From: Octopus vulgaris | Taxonomy: Eukaryota | Length of the DNA: 64,000 bases | Direction of reading: 5' to 3' | Assembly (NCBI GenBank): GCA_951406725.2 | Contig: OX597814.1 | Coordinates: 215,760,001-215,824,000 of the forward strand | Part shown: positions 49,136-61,399 of the stretch, piece after piece | How the letters are laid out: each line of letters opens with the position of its first letter | How positions within the stretch are numbered: the first letter of the stretch is position 1 | Notes under the pieces: model-generated | Database searches by the model: none | What the model was told of the DNA's origin: nothing | The model's input: the letters and a program-made list of their open reading frames with translations, nothing else | Program-made: the position numbers and the translations under genes

Positions 49136-50508
49136 TAACACTTCCCCCCACCCCTAACCCTAAAACAGATTGAAATGCAATAGATCGATACTAGGATCAT
49201 AATTATGGGTGACAATTTCATAAGACACCACTAGAACAAACATAGATCCAAGTGTGGTTGAGAAGCTAACTTCCTGATCACGTGGTTTCAGGTCCAATTC
49301 CACTCACAGCATTTTGGACAAGTGTCTTCTGTTATAGGTCAGTGGTTGGCCAAAGCCTTGGGAGTGGATTTCGTTGATAGAAACCGAAAGAAGCTCATCA
49401 TTTATACATACATATATACTTTTTTATAAAAAGTGTATACAGCTCATTGGAGCACTTCTATTTCCAGTCCGTTGTATATCTTGAGTGTTGTTGTCACTCA
49501 AGATATAACCTTATATTTTGTAATACATACATATATATATGTGTGTGAGTGTGTGAGGGTGAGTAGCCAGGTGTTGACAGCACACGATGGTTGTAAATGA
49601 ACATCACCATCACACAAGTGATGTTGTGTCATTTCCAGTATTCCACGAAAAACATGTCTGATAGTGGAGAAAGACCCCCTTTTGTCCCCTCTGTGGGTAG
49701 TAAAGAAAAAAAAAAAAAAAAAGGAATGAGACGGCATTCGGTAAATTCCGTAAATTCACTGAACGAACGCATGGCAGAGACGTAAAGGGACCCGTCCACC
49801 CCTTTAGATAAAAAAAAATTGTTTTTATGGAATCCCACGTTTTAGGCTATGGAGATTTCCGATTTTAAAAAGAAAAACTGTTTGTAAAATTTCAATTAAA
49901 AAAAAGACCGAAAAAAAAAGACCCCCGGAGATTACCGCAAGCCGTTCCGTTGGTCCCGAATCAGAAGATAGTCGAAGTATGTCGCTGAGTCATTTGGGCG
50001 ATATGAAGTGGTCTGGCGTTGACGGATCTATGTTTCGAGAAATTTATGGATTTACAGCGAAGAAAAGATTCCCAGAATTTCTTATAACATTTCTCAAACC
50101 CTTTTGCCCAAGTTTATTCCCTGCTCAATTCCCAACGGACGTTTCAGTCGTTAAAACAAAAACACTTTCATTTCACTTTGTCACGTATTACTCTGAAGGA
50201 AATTACTCTGAAAGAAACCTTTGCAGAAAAGAAGGTGAGTAGATTCATTCCATATTTCTTTCATTATGTTATCGCAGTTTTGTGAGATTTGGCTGTTGCT
50301 TCTAGCATAATTCCTCTGTTCATTTTCAGGCAGCAGGATGAAGGAGGGTTGCCAACTTTGTTCAGCTACAATAAAGGAGATAAAAAAAACTTTATTGATA
50401 TTTAAGTGCACAAATTTTGATTCAGTTCCTAGAGATGCCAATATTTTAATATTACATTTCGTCTCTCACCTAAATGTAAATACAAAGACAAGAACGAGAA
50501 GACATATA

Positions 50509-51345
50509 TTTTACTTTGAACAAAAGATTCTAACCTTTAAAACTATGCCTTGGCTTTTTGCTGCCTTCATAAAATTGGTATCATCTTTGATGTTTTTCAA
50601 TCAATTATCTTTTATGTTTAAATATATGAGAGGTTCGTTTTCGATTCCGAAGAGCATCGGTTCCTTTCATCTCGCCATTTAGATGACATGAAACTCAAAA
50701 AAGTCTCACAAAAATTTTACCTTGAACAAAAGATTCTAACCTTTAAAACTATTTTTGCCTTGTTTTTTTTGCTGCCTTCATAAAATTGGTATCATCCTTT
50801 GATGTTTTTCAATCAATTATCTTTTATGTTTAAATATATGAGAGGTTCGTTTTCGATTCCGAAGAGCATCGGTTCCTTTCATCTCGCCATTTAGATGACA
50901 TGAAACTCAGAAAAAGTCTCACAAAAATTTTACTTTGAACAAAAGATTCTAACCTTTAAAACTATTTTTGCCTTGGCTTTTTGCTGCCTTCATAAAATTG
51001 GTATCATCTTTGATGTTTTTCAATCAATTATCTTTTATGTTTAAATATATGAGAGGTTCGTTTTCGATTCCGAAGAGCATCGGTTCCTTTCATCTCGCCA
51101 TTTAGATGACACGAATCTCAAAAAAGCTCTCACAAAAATTTTACCTTGAACAAAAGATTCTAACCTTTAAAACTATTTTTGCCTTGGCTTTTTGCTGCCT
51201 TCATAAAATTGGTATCATCTTTGATGTTTTTCAATCAATTATCTTTTATGTTTAAATATATGAGAGGTTCGTTTTCGATTCCAAAGAGCATCGGTTCCTT
51301 TCATCTCGCCATTTAGATGACATGAAACTCAAAAAAGCTCTCGCA
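50509..51345. repeat. Four tandem ~210-bp copies of the hAT transposase 3' end
   Basis: GAACAAAAGATTCTAACCTTTAAAACTAT recurs near 50518, 50724, 50937 and 51148. Confidence 0.93.
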
Positions 51346-52186
51346 CAATAAGATGATGTTCCAGGAAAGTACAAAGGAAACTGTTTTGAAAACATTGATA
51401 GACTTAAAGTCCATAGATTTCAAAATAAAATACCACTTTTTGCATGTTGTTTTTGAGTTTATGAAGAATTCAGAGCTTTTGTCGAAGTTTCTTTGAATTA
51501 ATACTTCTTCATCAGAAAGTTCATCCGTCTATAAGCTTTCCTTCTAGCTTCAAATGTTCGGTAGTACTTCTACAGATTTCCGAAACTTTTCGAATAAATG
51601 GCCTAAGGAACTTAGATTTCATAATTTGCCAAATGTTGAATTTTCATCGAAATCTATTCTTTTACCCAAATTTTTGATGGCAGAAGTAAGAGAAAATTTA
51701 AAGTCTTCAACTTTCTTTCGAACCTCATCAATTTTTCAATTGTTCATCTTGAAAGCCGAAAAATTCTTCTGCATATCGATCTATTGATTCTTAAATCTGT
51801 CCTGATATCGAAAATATCTACTGCTGTACTTTCAGGTTCTTTTCAAGTTCTTTAATTGATAATGTGTATACCCCCATTACATGTTGCGAAAACATCAGAT
51901 AGAGTTCAATAATTTGGAGGGTATTTCTGTGGAATCCCCGTCAATGGAAAGAAGTTTATATAATTCTTTAGAGGAATCAGTTCCTAAGAAAAATAGGAAC
52001 TCAAGGCTTTCCCAGAAAGTAAAATTCTTTCAATACATGCCTGAAGTGATAACCATCTGGTAGGTACATGCCGAAGAATCTCTCTATATCCTGTATCTGC
52101 AAATAAATGAAAGTCTTTAAGAGTTTCAGTTCTTTTTGCCGATACTGAAAAATGCCCAGATATCTTTAGGATAATATTTTCTACAT

Positions 52187-52400
52187 CACCATAAGTCGGC
52201 GAGCTGCCAGAACGGTTAGCATGCCGGGCGAAATGCGTAGCCGTATTTCGTCTGCCGCTACGTTCTGAGTTCAAATTCCGCCGAGGTCGACTTTGCCTTT
52301 CATCCTTTCGGGGTCGATTAAATAAGTACCAGTTACGCACAGGGGTCGATATAATCGACTTAATCCGTTTGTCTATCCCCTTGTGGGTAGTAAAGAAACA
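52187..52400 (+). mobile_element. SINE inserted in the hAT transposase, with a 17-bp TSD
   Basis: GATAATATTTTCTACAT occurs at 52170-52186 and 52401-52417. Confidence 0.92.
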
Positions 52401-54468
52401 GATAATATTTTCTACATTTAAGTTTTCCAAAGCACTTTTTACTGAATTATGTAAAATGTGTGCATTGCAATTGGCTTTAATAACACTGTTATTTAGTGTG
52501 AGAATGTTAGAATATAAAGAATGCTTTATTCCAAAATTGCAACTTGTATTATCTGCAGTAAAACCTGAAACTCTTTCCCAGTCAAGTTGCAAATTGCCCA
52601 AAGTCTTTCTCAAACGTCTAAACATTCCATCTACACTTTCATCAGCATTCTCAAAAAAGTCAATAATGTTATTATTCTCTGCACCATGTTCCATATTGAA
52701 ATTTTGAACACAAACGGGAAACATTTCCCTGGGTTTTTTTGTGGCTAGAAATATCAATTTGAAGGCGAAACTATAGAGGAGGATCATGTTGTTTCGAATC
52801 TTTCAATGCTACCTCTAATGCTTTTTTGATGTAACACATTCGTAACTATGGCCTCCGATTTGGTCCGACCACAAGATATCTTTCCAGCTACTTTGGAATC
52901 CTGGTAAAATTTTGAATTTAATTTCAAGCTACAATCAAGGGAGTTGTGGGAATGATTGTGTTTAACTGCATGATATATATTTGAGCTACTTCTCAAGCAA
53001 TTACATTATCTTCTTCATTTGTATTGGCTTTTACGAAAGATTTATCAATTAAAGATTTGGAAAGTGAAGCACTGCGGTTACTTTTATGCCTATCAGAAGT
53101 CTTGTGTTGTTTGATAGCTACAACAGCCATACAGCCAATTTTAAAGGTCCTATTACGAGTAATGCATTTTGCCTCTTGTTGATTAATAAGTTGCTGCCAA
53201 CCATTCATACTCCTTTTCCAGTTTTTGTTATACGAGCACAATCTCTTCTTTTTCGCTGAGGGTTCCCCGTCACTACAAAATATTAAGCAGTCGCTGCTGT
53301 CCCGCCTTACTAATGCATTAAAACCTTATGAAAGAAAATAGTTGATTTAGCATTGAAATAAAATATATGTTCCAAAGCAAGGTCGAGAGTCGATGATGAA
53401 TCATATACGCGCACAGACGCCATTAGAAGATATTTCAAATATGTGACTATAGCTTAGGCTATGGTAGGTCTATTTAGCTTCTGAAAAAGCAAATTCTGCT
53501 AGCGCATAAAGCCCAGAATTTCTTATAACTTCAAACTCCTATATTCTCTAGCCTACTTCTTTGCCATTTAATGGGTGTGTGTGTGCAAGAGAGCTAGCAT
53601 CCAACTGAATTAGCGACAAGCACTGGGCCTCACAGGCTTGCGATGATGTCGCTAGCTATATTGAATTTGAAAATAATAATTACTCATTGTAATTTTTCAC
53701 CAACCATGACTATATGAAGTTAAAAGATAGTATGTGGCCCGACAAACATGTATGTAAAATGTGCACAACTTGGAATGTGGACTGAAACTGAAATGGTAGC
53801 ACTTGAAAAGTTGGTACATTCTTGTAACAGTGTAAAAATGATCATGTCTGGAAAACACACTTTCAATTAATATTGTTATCTGATATTAACATGAAATATT
53901 GGCACTACTGTTACAAGTTTTCTCACATAGATTTCACTGTTCTTCTGATATTTATAACAAATTATGTCTTGATTTTGTGAAGGGCCTCATCACTACCTTG
54001 TTGTATAATATGCCATATTTGTTTTGGTTGTTCTTCTTCGTGAGTCCCAGCTCATTTCAGGCAGAGTTATTGCCTTTCCAAATGTCCAACGGCACCTCCT
54101 TTTCTATTGTTTTTTTTTTCTTTTCTTTTTTCTTGGTGATGATTCTCATATTTAGTAACATAGTTTACGATTTTCTCGTTTTCCCAAAATGAGTGCCTTC
54201 GGTTTTGAAATGGAGAATCGAGTTATACATAAAACGAGGCTAATTTTACACCCTGGTCTGCGCTCTGTGCTTCTGGTATTGTGCACAGAAGCAGAGTTGA
54301 CAGTCCGTACTTGCACAAGAAGTAAACGCTTTTGCAGTCACATCTTGAGAGCGGGAAATTGAACTAACAGTCAAAACGATTTCAAAATAAAGGACAAATA
54401 ATGTCATTTCAAATCTCAATAAAGGACAAGGACAAATAGTGCTGAATAAAGGACGGTTGGCAACCCTA

Positions 54469-55416
54469 GCACGAAATGGCGAGGGGTGTGTGGATCAGTT
54501 TTGGAATTTCCTCATAGAAAATTTGAAATTAATTATCTCCCCCCCCCCCCCATATTTTTAATCGGCAAAATTACGGCATGAGAACCGTTACTGTCAACCA
54601 GGAGCACGTGCTTTTGTTTACATTTGAAGAATAAGATTGTCGCTTTCCGTAAATTAAAAATTTTGTAAAAATATATGTGGGGTGGCGAGGAAGGGTATCT
54701 TTTCAAGTCGGCGTAAAAGCGAGACAGAGAGAGCACGATTGGATCGGGGAAGTTCTTTTGAAGTTGGCCTCTGTGTGAATGCTACAATTTTGTTCCTGCT
54801 GCTCACTTTTTCTTTCTCTCGGTTTATTTTTTATATTTGTTGGCGATTTAATGATCAGATTCATAGATACGTTATTATTATTATTATTTTTTTCGTTTAT
54901 ATTTGTTTTGAAATGTATTATATAAATACAGGTCCGTAATTCTATTCTTGAAGCCCTTGGATGCAGAGACGTCGTTTTGCACACACACACACACACACCT
55001 GTACACACGCCTATGCACACAAACACAGACACACAAGCACAGACACACAAGCGCCGACGCACGCAAGCACAGACACACACACACACACAAGCACGCACAG
55101 ACACACAAGCGCCAACGCACACACTTAAGCACACGCGCGCACACACACATTAATTCATCAGATTCACCCCAACTTCAAAAGAACTTCCCTCATACAATCG
55201 TACCCTCTCTGTCTCTTTTGCTTTCACGCCGACTTCAAAAGATCCCATTTCCCACCAACACCATATGTAAAAAAATAAAAACTTTCCACGCTGATTGAAA
55301 AACAAAAAAAAAAAGAAAATTCGAAAAAAGTTAAAATTTAAAAATGAGGAGGGAGGGACTTAATATTATGAGAAAATGGTTCATTGCATATTCAAAAAAA
55401 GGGCGATTTTCGTGCT
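54469..55416. repeat. Diverged large inverted repeat (fold-back or MITE-like)
   Basis: 54690-54768 versus 55168-55245 in reverse complement (CTTTTCAAGTCGGCGTAAAAGC / GCTTTCACGCCGACTTCAAAAG; GGGAAGTTCTTTTGAAGTTGG / CCAACTTCAAAAGAACTTCCC). The outer ends are GCACGAAA / TTTCGTGC. Confidence 0.7.
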
Positions 55417-55797
55417 GGTGTACTAGTCAACATTAACCTTATCCATATCTATAAAAGGCAGGCTGTGTGTGTATGTGAATGTAATTTATGCATGTCCACA
55501 AATTAGCTCGCAAATTTAAGGACATTGGTCATGACCATGGCTGTGTTTTTGTCAACTTATTTTCCCAGAAGCAACCGCAAATAGCGGTAAAAATCGATTT
55601 TCAACCATAACTCTTAGCAATTTCCACGTCAATGAAATCCTTAAGTTTGCTAACATTAGTTAAGTCCCCTGTATAGCAATGGCAAAAAAGGAAATCAAAA
55701 GGTAAATTTTGACATTAACACCCGCAAGATTTTCACTAAGAAAAAAAAAAAAGAAAACGGATTTTTTTCATAGAATCCAGTACCCTGAGAGAGAGAA

Positions 55798-56362
55798 GAA
55801 GGCCAGCAATTTCATGGGAGGGGGTGAGTTAATTATATTGTTCCCCGGGTGTACAACTGGTACTTATTTTATAGACCCGGAAAAGATGAAAGGCAAAGTC
55901 AACCTTGATGGAATTTGAACTCAGAACGTAAAGCCAGAGGGAATGCTGCTAAGCATTTTGCCCAGCATGCTAATGGTTCTGCTAGCTTGCCCGCCTTCAG
56001 CCTGCATTTTATATTAAAAGGATAAAGACCCCTTTCAGTCATGAATGGCCATGGGATTGCACCTAGAAAGTTCTCCTCCAAGGCACAAGTCCAGGCAAGG
56101 TTTGTTTATGGAAGACCAGCAGTCACCCATCCATACCAGCCCCCTCTCTCCCCACCACCAATGTTATCCAAGGGAAAGGCAAAGACCAATACAGCTTGGC
56201 ACCAGTGATGTGGAAACTCATTGCTACAGCTCACTGAACAAGGAGCATTGTGAAAGAAAGTGTCTTGCTCAAGAACATAACACACAACCCGGTCTGGAAA
56301 TTGAACTCATTACCTCATGATTGTGAGCCCGATGCTTCAACCACTGAGCCATGCACCTTCAT
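55798..56362 (-). mobile_element. Two adjacent SINEs (55798-55997 and ~56025-56362)
   Basis: Minus-strand heads AAGGCGGGCAAGCTAGCAGAA and GAAGGTGCATGGCTCAGTGG...GAGTTCAATTTCC. Confidence 0.8.
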
Positions 56363-56584
56363 GTATTTTAATTTTGAGCAATAATTATTTCTAAAGTAAA
56401 AAAGATAAAAAATGACAACAACACTGTGTGAATGATAGAGAAATATTCTATTGAATGGTTTTATTCTTACAAAAGACCGTGGGATTGCACCTAGAATTAG
56501 AGAATTTCCTGTATTTTCTTTGTCTTTCTTTTATTAAATATATTCCTGTTCATTTTATATGTGTTTTATGAATTGCAATTATAT

Positions 56585-56853
56585 TCAATGATTAGAGAAT
56601 GTAATCAAATAATTAGGATATGCCTGAGAGTCATGAAAAGTAACATAAATATTGGGTCTTTGAAAATTATCAACAGCAGAATTGTAAGAACCATGTAAAA
56701 CTTTTAGTCCATGGTGTCCTAGCATCACTCTTCCCACAAGAACACTGCATTTGTATATTCTCTTTATTCCGTTATGGTCAGGAGTAGAATAGGTATCATT
56801 TGCAGAATAATGGATGTCTCTGGCAAAATAAACACCTTCACCATATGCTGTGG
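56585..56853 (-). CDS. PARP14/15-like mono-ADP-ribosyltransferase, terminal exon
   Basis: Acceptor ttctcttcttag. Reads (A)TAYGEGVYFARDIHYSANDTYS...VLVG...SAVDNFQRPNIYVTFHDSQAYPNYLITFSNH*, with AATAAA about 50 nt downstream (56530-56535). This exon is absent from the ORF track. Confidence 0.93.
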
Positions 56854-56878
56854 CTAAGAAGAGAAAAAAAGATATATA

Positions 56879-56909
<31 letters not shown>

Positions 56910-57265
56910 GCTAATATTTATATAAAATGAATGGTAGAACTGAAAGTCCTAAAAGGTTATGATTACATAAATATCATCATTTCATGTCTGTTTTTGGACG
57001 GTTTGACTGAAAACTGGTAAGCTGGGGAGCTGCACCAGGTTCCAATCTGATCTGACATGGTTCATACAGCTGGATGCCCTTACTAACGCCGACCAGTCTA
57101 AAAGTATAGTGGGTGCTTTTTATGTGCCACCGGTACAGGTGCCAATTATGACACACTGGCATTGGCCACAACTACGATCTTACTTGGATGACAGATCTTC
57201 TCAAGCATGGTATATTGCCAAAGGTATCGGTCACTTCTCACTGCCTCCCTGAGGCAAAATGTAAT

Positions 57266-57341
57266 TGACAAGGATGAGATTTGAACTCATGGGCGGAGAC
57301 CCCAATGGATTAGCAGCCAATTACCTTCACTGCTCAACCAA
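57266..57341 (-). pseudogene. tRNA-Ser(GCT)-derived pseudogene
   Basis: Minus: TGGTTGAGCAGTGAAGGTAATTGG-CTGCTAA-TCCATTGGGGTCTCCGCCCATGAGTTCAAATCTCATCCTTGTCA. It has a long variable arm, but the 5' acceptor strand is missing. Confidence 0.75.
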
Positions 57342-57514
57342 GGCACTGGTATTTATAATAACAAAGGTTCCAGTTGATCTGATCAATGGAACAGCCTGCC
57401 AGTGAAATTAATCTGCAAGTGGCTGAGCACTCCACAGACATGTGTGCCCTTAACACAGTTCTCAGGGAGATTCAACATAACACAATATATATATATATAT
57501 ATCTCAAGGACAGG

Positions 57515-58320
57515 TCATTAAGAATGAAATGTCTGGTTTTCTTATGCACCAAGTTTGACAGTCATTAACTCTAATGTTTTATCCTGACAATTCTCTGTTT
57601 TGCAACATTGAAGAGTTACTTATTCACTTTCATGGTGTTTGATTATATTGTAAGTTTTCTCTTGTAAATCAATTTTTGTGAAGCCATGGACAGATTAAAA
57701 ATTTGAGTTGTTTATGAATACGAGTTCTGTCATGGAACCAAATTATCTCAGACAGCTTGAAACATCAATGGAGTGTTTGGTAAAGATGTGGCAAATGAGT
57801 GCACTGTACATTTGAGAAGTTCCGGTCTGGTGACTTTACTCTTGAAAATCAGCCCCATGGTAGACCTGAGACCAAGGTGGATAATGATGAGCTGGAAACC
57901 AGTGGAAATGGATACATCTCAAACTACGCGTGAGTTAGTAGCAAGGTTTGATGTTTCAATTCCAACTGCTTTGGTCCATTTGAAACAAATTGGCAAGGTA
58001 AATAAGCTGGACAAGTGGGTAACACACAAACTGAACGAGCATCAAATGACACGTCATCTTGAAACTTGCTGTTCTTTACTGTTCACGAGCATAAAAGCAA
58101 ACCATTTTTGCATTGTATTGTTACGTGTGATGAAAAATGGATTCTTTTGAACAATAGCAATGTTCTGCATGGTGGTGGTATAGAGACGAAGTGCCAAAAC
58201 ACAACCCAAGAAAGAAATATTCACCAAAATAGGTAATGGAATCTGTTTGGTGGTCCAGCGCTGGTGTCATCCACTACAGCTTCATGAGTCAATTACAGTG
58301 GATGTATACAATATTGCCAA
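57515..58320 (+). mobile_element. Mariner transposase remnant in a PARP intron
   Basis: ..HLKQIGKVNKLDKWVTHKL (WVPHEL-like) and IVTCDEKWI motifs, with frameshifts. Confidence 0.85.
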
Positions 58321-59050
58321 TATTTACCATTGAACTTGTTTGGATGGCATTTTGTGGAACATCACTCTTCTACTCTCCCCATATCCATATTCACCATACA
58401 CATTAAAATCTAATTCCAAATGATGATAAAATAGTTAGTGAGAGAAGATCATTTGAGATATCTAAATGGAGTGACCTCTGTTTATCAGATTTCTATACAG
58501 TTATTAAATGTCCCTTAACCAATTTCTAGGCCGTAGCAGACATTGAATATTTCAATGAGAGTTAACAACACTGTATTGATTATCTCAGTATATCTATAAT
58601 TGACACACTCAGAATGGTGATTGCTAGGCCTGGTGTTCGCTTGTTGATATTTCTGTCCAGTCCTGCCGACCTACCACTACACCTAGTCCTTCTTCCCCAA
58701 AACATTACCCCTCTGGAATTCTACCCCTTCTCTTATCTTTCCTGCAATATTTTCATTTACAAAGGTTCAAGAGGAACATTAATGGATGGGGACACCCTTC
58801 CTCCCAATCCAAATAAAAGTGTTGGTTCCACAATAATAAAATACACCTGGTTTACTCTAGAGCAGAAGATGTTAGGAAGGGGACCTGGCAGTAGAAACGA
58901 TGCCAAACATGGAATGTGTGGGCAACATGGCATCCTCTCTGTGTGAGAAAGGATTCTAAACAGCAATCAATGTGGAGAGTGACTGCCCAGCTCAAGACAA
59001 TAGGAAGGGCGGGTAGATGATGATGATGATGTTGATTATAATATACTTAC

Positions 59051-59228
59051 CATTTTTACCACAATAGCTACGGTTGAATCCTGATTTATTTATTCCATCA
59101 ACAGATCTTTCAGCAGTACCATGCCAAAGGCCATCAACTTCATTTGTAATCTTTGGATTTTCTACCTCAAACTTTCTTTTCAATGCTTGGTATCCATGGT
59201 ATAATGTTTTATTTTGAATTCTCTCAAT
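59051..59228 (-). CDS. PARP14/15-like gene, catalytic exon
   Basis: ctacag|IERIQNKTLYHGYQALKRK...LWHGT...INKSGFNRSYCGKN|gtaagt; phase 0 to phase 1. Confidence 0.95.
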
Positions 59229-59951
59229 CTGTAGAAAGGAAAATTCACTTCTTTGACAAGGAAATAACGTTTGTGGTGAAAAACCCCGACCCTATCTGCT
59301 TTTATTTTCTTTTTTATTTGATACCAATTTTGATTCAACTGTAAATTTTGGTAAGGCACAATAGTTCAGCTGCAAAATGGTGTTGCATGTACAATTCAAT
59401 GCAAGAAGTTAAAGCAGAGGTATTTTTGTTGAGCAAAGATTTCTTGTGAATATCCAAAAACACATAGAACAATCCCAAAATAAGTTCATACATCTTCATC
59501 ATCATTGTTTAATATCCACCTTCTATGCTGGCATGGGTGGGATGGTTTGACAGGATCTGGCCAGCCAGAGGCCAGCACCAGACTTCTGTGTCTGTTTTAG
59601 CAGGCTTTTTACAGCTGGATGCCCTTCCAAATGCCAACCACTTTACAGTGTGGAGTGGATGCTTTTTAAATGGCACCAGCACAGACAGGGTCACCAAGTA
59701 ACTTGCAAGACAAGGATCCTTTGAGAAGGGAGGGGGCATTGGAGGAGGGGATCTTGTGTCAGATGTTGAAAAGTTATAGTGAGACAAGACAGAGAGAGGT
59801 AAAGGTAAAGGTTGAGGACAGAAGCAGGTATGCTGCCGCAAAGAAGATGCAACGAGAATTAAATCTTTTATACAAACAAAATGTCTCTTAACATTTTGTT
59901 TTAACAATAAACCATCAAATATTCTTTATAAACAGAAATAAAAATACAAAC

Positions 59952-60085
59952 TTTGATTATACGACAGGAAGGCAAATTCTGATCGAAAGTGGCCTTGATG
60001 TCATCATATTCTGGTCCATTTTTGACTGGAACAATTTTAATTAATTCCTCGTTTTCCATTGTTGACCATGTATTAGGGATCAATT
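59952..60085 (-). CDS. PARP14/15-like gene, exon at the start of the catalytic domain
   Basis: ctctag|(E)LIPNTWSTME...GPEYDDIKATFDQNLPSCRIIK|gtttgt; phase 1 to phase 0. Confidence 0.9.
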
Positions 60086-60501
60086 CTAGAGTCCAAACAG
60101 AAATCAAATATTTCAGAACAAAATTAAAATTATGAACCCTTTTTCTATTGAAAGTTTAAAAAAATAAACAGGAATATTTTGATTAATTTTCGGGTTTAGA
60201 CAAGAAATACTGCCAACCAGGATGGTGTGAATCAGCCCTGCTTTACCTGCTAGAAATAATAACACAAATACTTTTAAATCAGATCTCAATGTTGGATGTT
60301 CAAGAACCAAATAAAGGGCAGATTTTCAATCCTGAGATCATTCTGATTCCAAAAAGATATAATATTTCTGTTGCGCATTTGTAGACTGAAGTATAGAGGT
60401 TCCAGACATTCAGACAGAATATCACTTTTATTATAATAGCTAAAAAAAAAGCCCACCAAAAAATAAACAAGAATGTCTTTATAGTAAAAATATGCACGTA
60501 C

Positions 60502-60871
60502 CGTCCTTTAGGTTCTGTTTTCTCTTCATTTTAAAATCACTCCCTCCGAGTTGAAAACTCATTTTCTGAAAATCGTATCTTCTGTTGTTCCAATCAAGGA
60601 ATTTCTTTTGCAGTGAGTATGCTTTCTCAAGCTTGGCATTTACTTTGTCTTCAAACATTTGTTGGTTTGCTGGAAAATTTTCATCATAGTAAGACCATTG
60701 TACCATTGTTTTAAGAAGAGTTTCCTCGTCAGTTTCTTTGAATTCCATTAATAATGATTGGACAGAGATTTTAGCATCTTTTACATGAGAATGTCTGCCA
60801 TAAATTGTAATTGTTTCACTGATAGAAATCTGGATTTTATGTGTTCTACTAATATTCCTTAAACTCAGCTT
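60502..60871 (-). CDS. PARP14/15-like gene, KH-like/WWE exon
   Basis: tttcag|KLSLRNI...ITIYG...VQWSYYDE...FEDKVNAKLEKAY...YDFQKM...MKR..KD|gtacgt; phase 0 to phase 1. Upstream exons presumably lie beyond the window. Confidence 0.9.
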
Positions 60872-61399
60872 CTGAAAAAAAAAATCAACAAAAAAAAAAA
60901 AATATATATATGTATATAAATAGAGAGAGAGAGAGAGAGCTCACCACTGCCGCTAACACCTGTTACTAAGAATCACTATCACAGTGGGTTCCACTTCATT
61001 TGTTAATTTTCCTTTTGAAGGTTTTTGCAGTTCTAATGTGAAAAATAATTTAATGTCCACACTCGACTCTGAGTAAGTCTATGTGCAAATAAGTACGTAT
61101 GTACTAACTTGTGTTCACAATTACTAATGCTAGGGTGCCACTCCCCCCACGCCATACACATTTATGCACATGAATTTCAAAATCCAACTGAAGAACTAGG
61201 AAGGAATTCAATATGAAAAGAGGACTTCACCCAAGAGCCAGAGTAGCAAGATTTTACTTACTTAGAATGGAAGGTGAAAGATGGCTAATATGAGTAGAAG
61301 ACTGTGTGGAGTAACCTGGGGTAGATATAGTCTCTTGTGTAGGTAATAGTGAAGTGAGTTTATTAAGAGCTGCCAGAGACACAGCAGAACATAGGGAAA

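Larger units (their letters stand above)
50344..54468 (-). mobile_element. hAT-family DNA transposon with a decayed transposase
   Basis: TIRs AGGGTTGCCAAC (50345-50356) and GTTGGCAACCCT (54456-54467), with subterminal AATAAAGGA repeats. Transposase pieces include a BED-like N-terminus, ADNTSCNFG, CNAHILHN, PTRWLSL and a C-terminal ..KWRDERNR dimerisation motif. Confidence 0.85.

Noticed and set aside
58614-58966. Overlapping ORFs within the PARP intron
   Set aside because: No recognisable homology, and the flanking PARP exons already join in frame without them.
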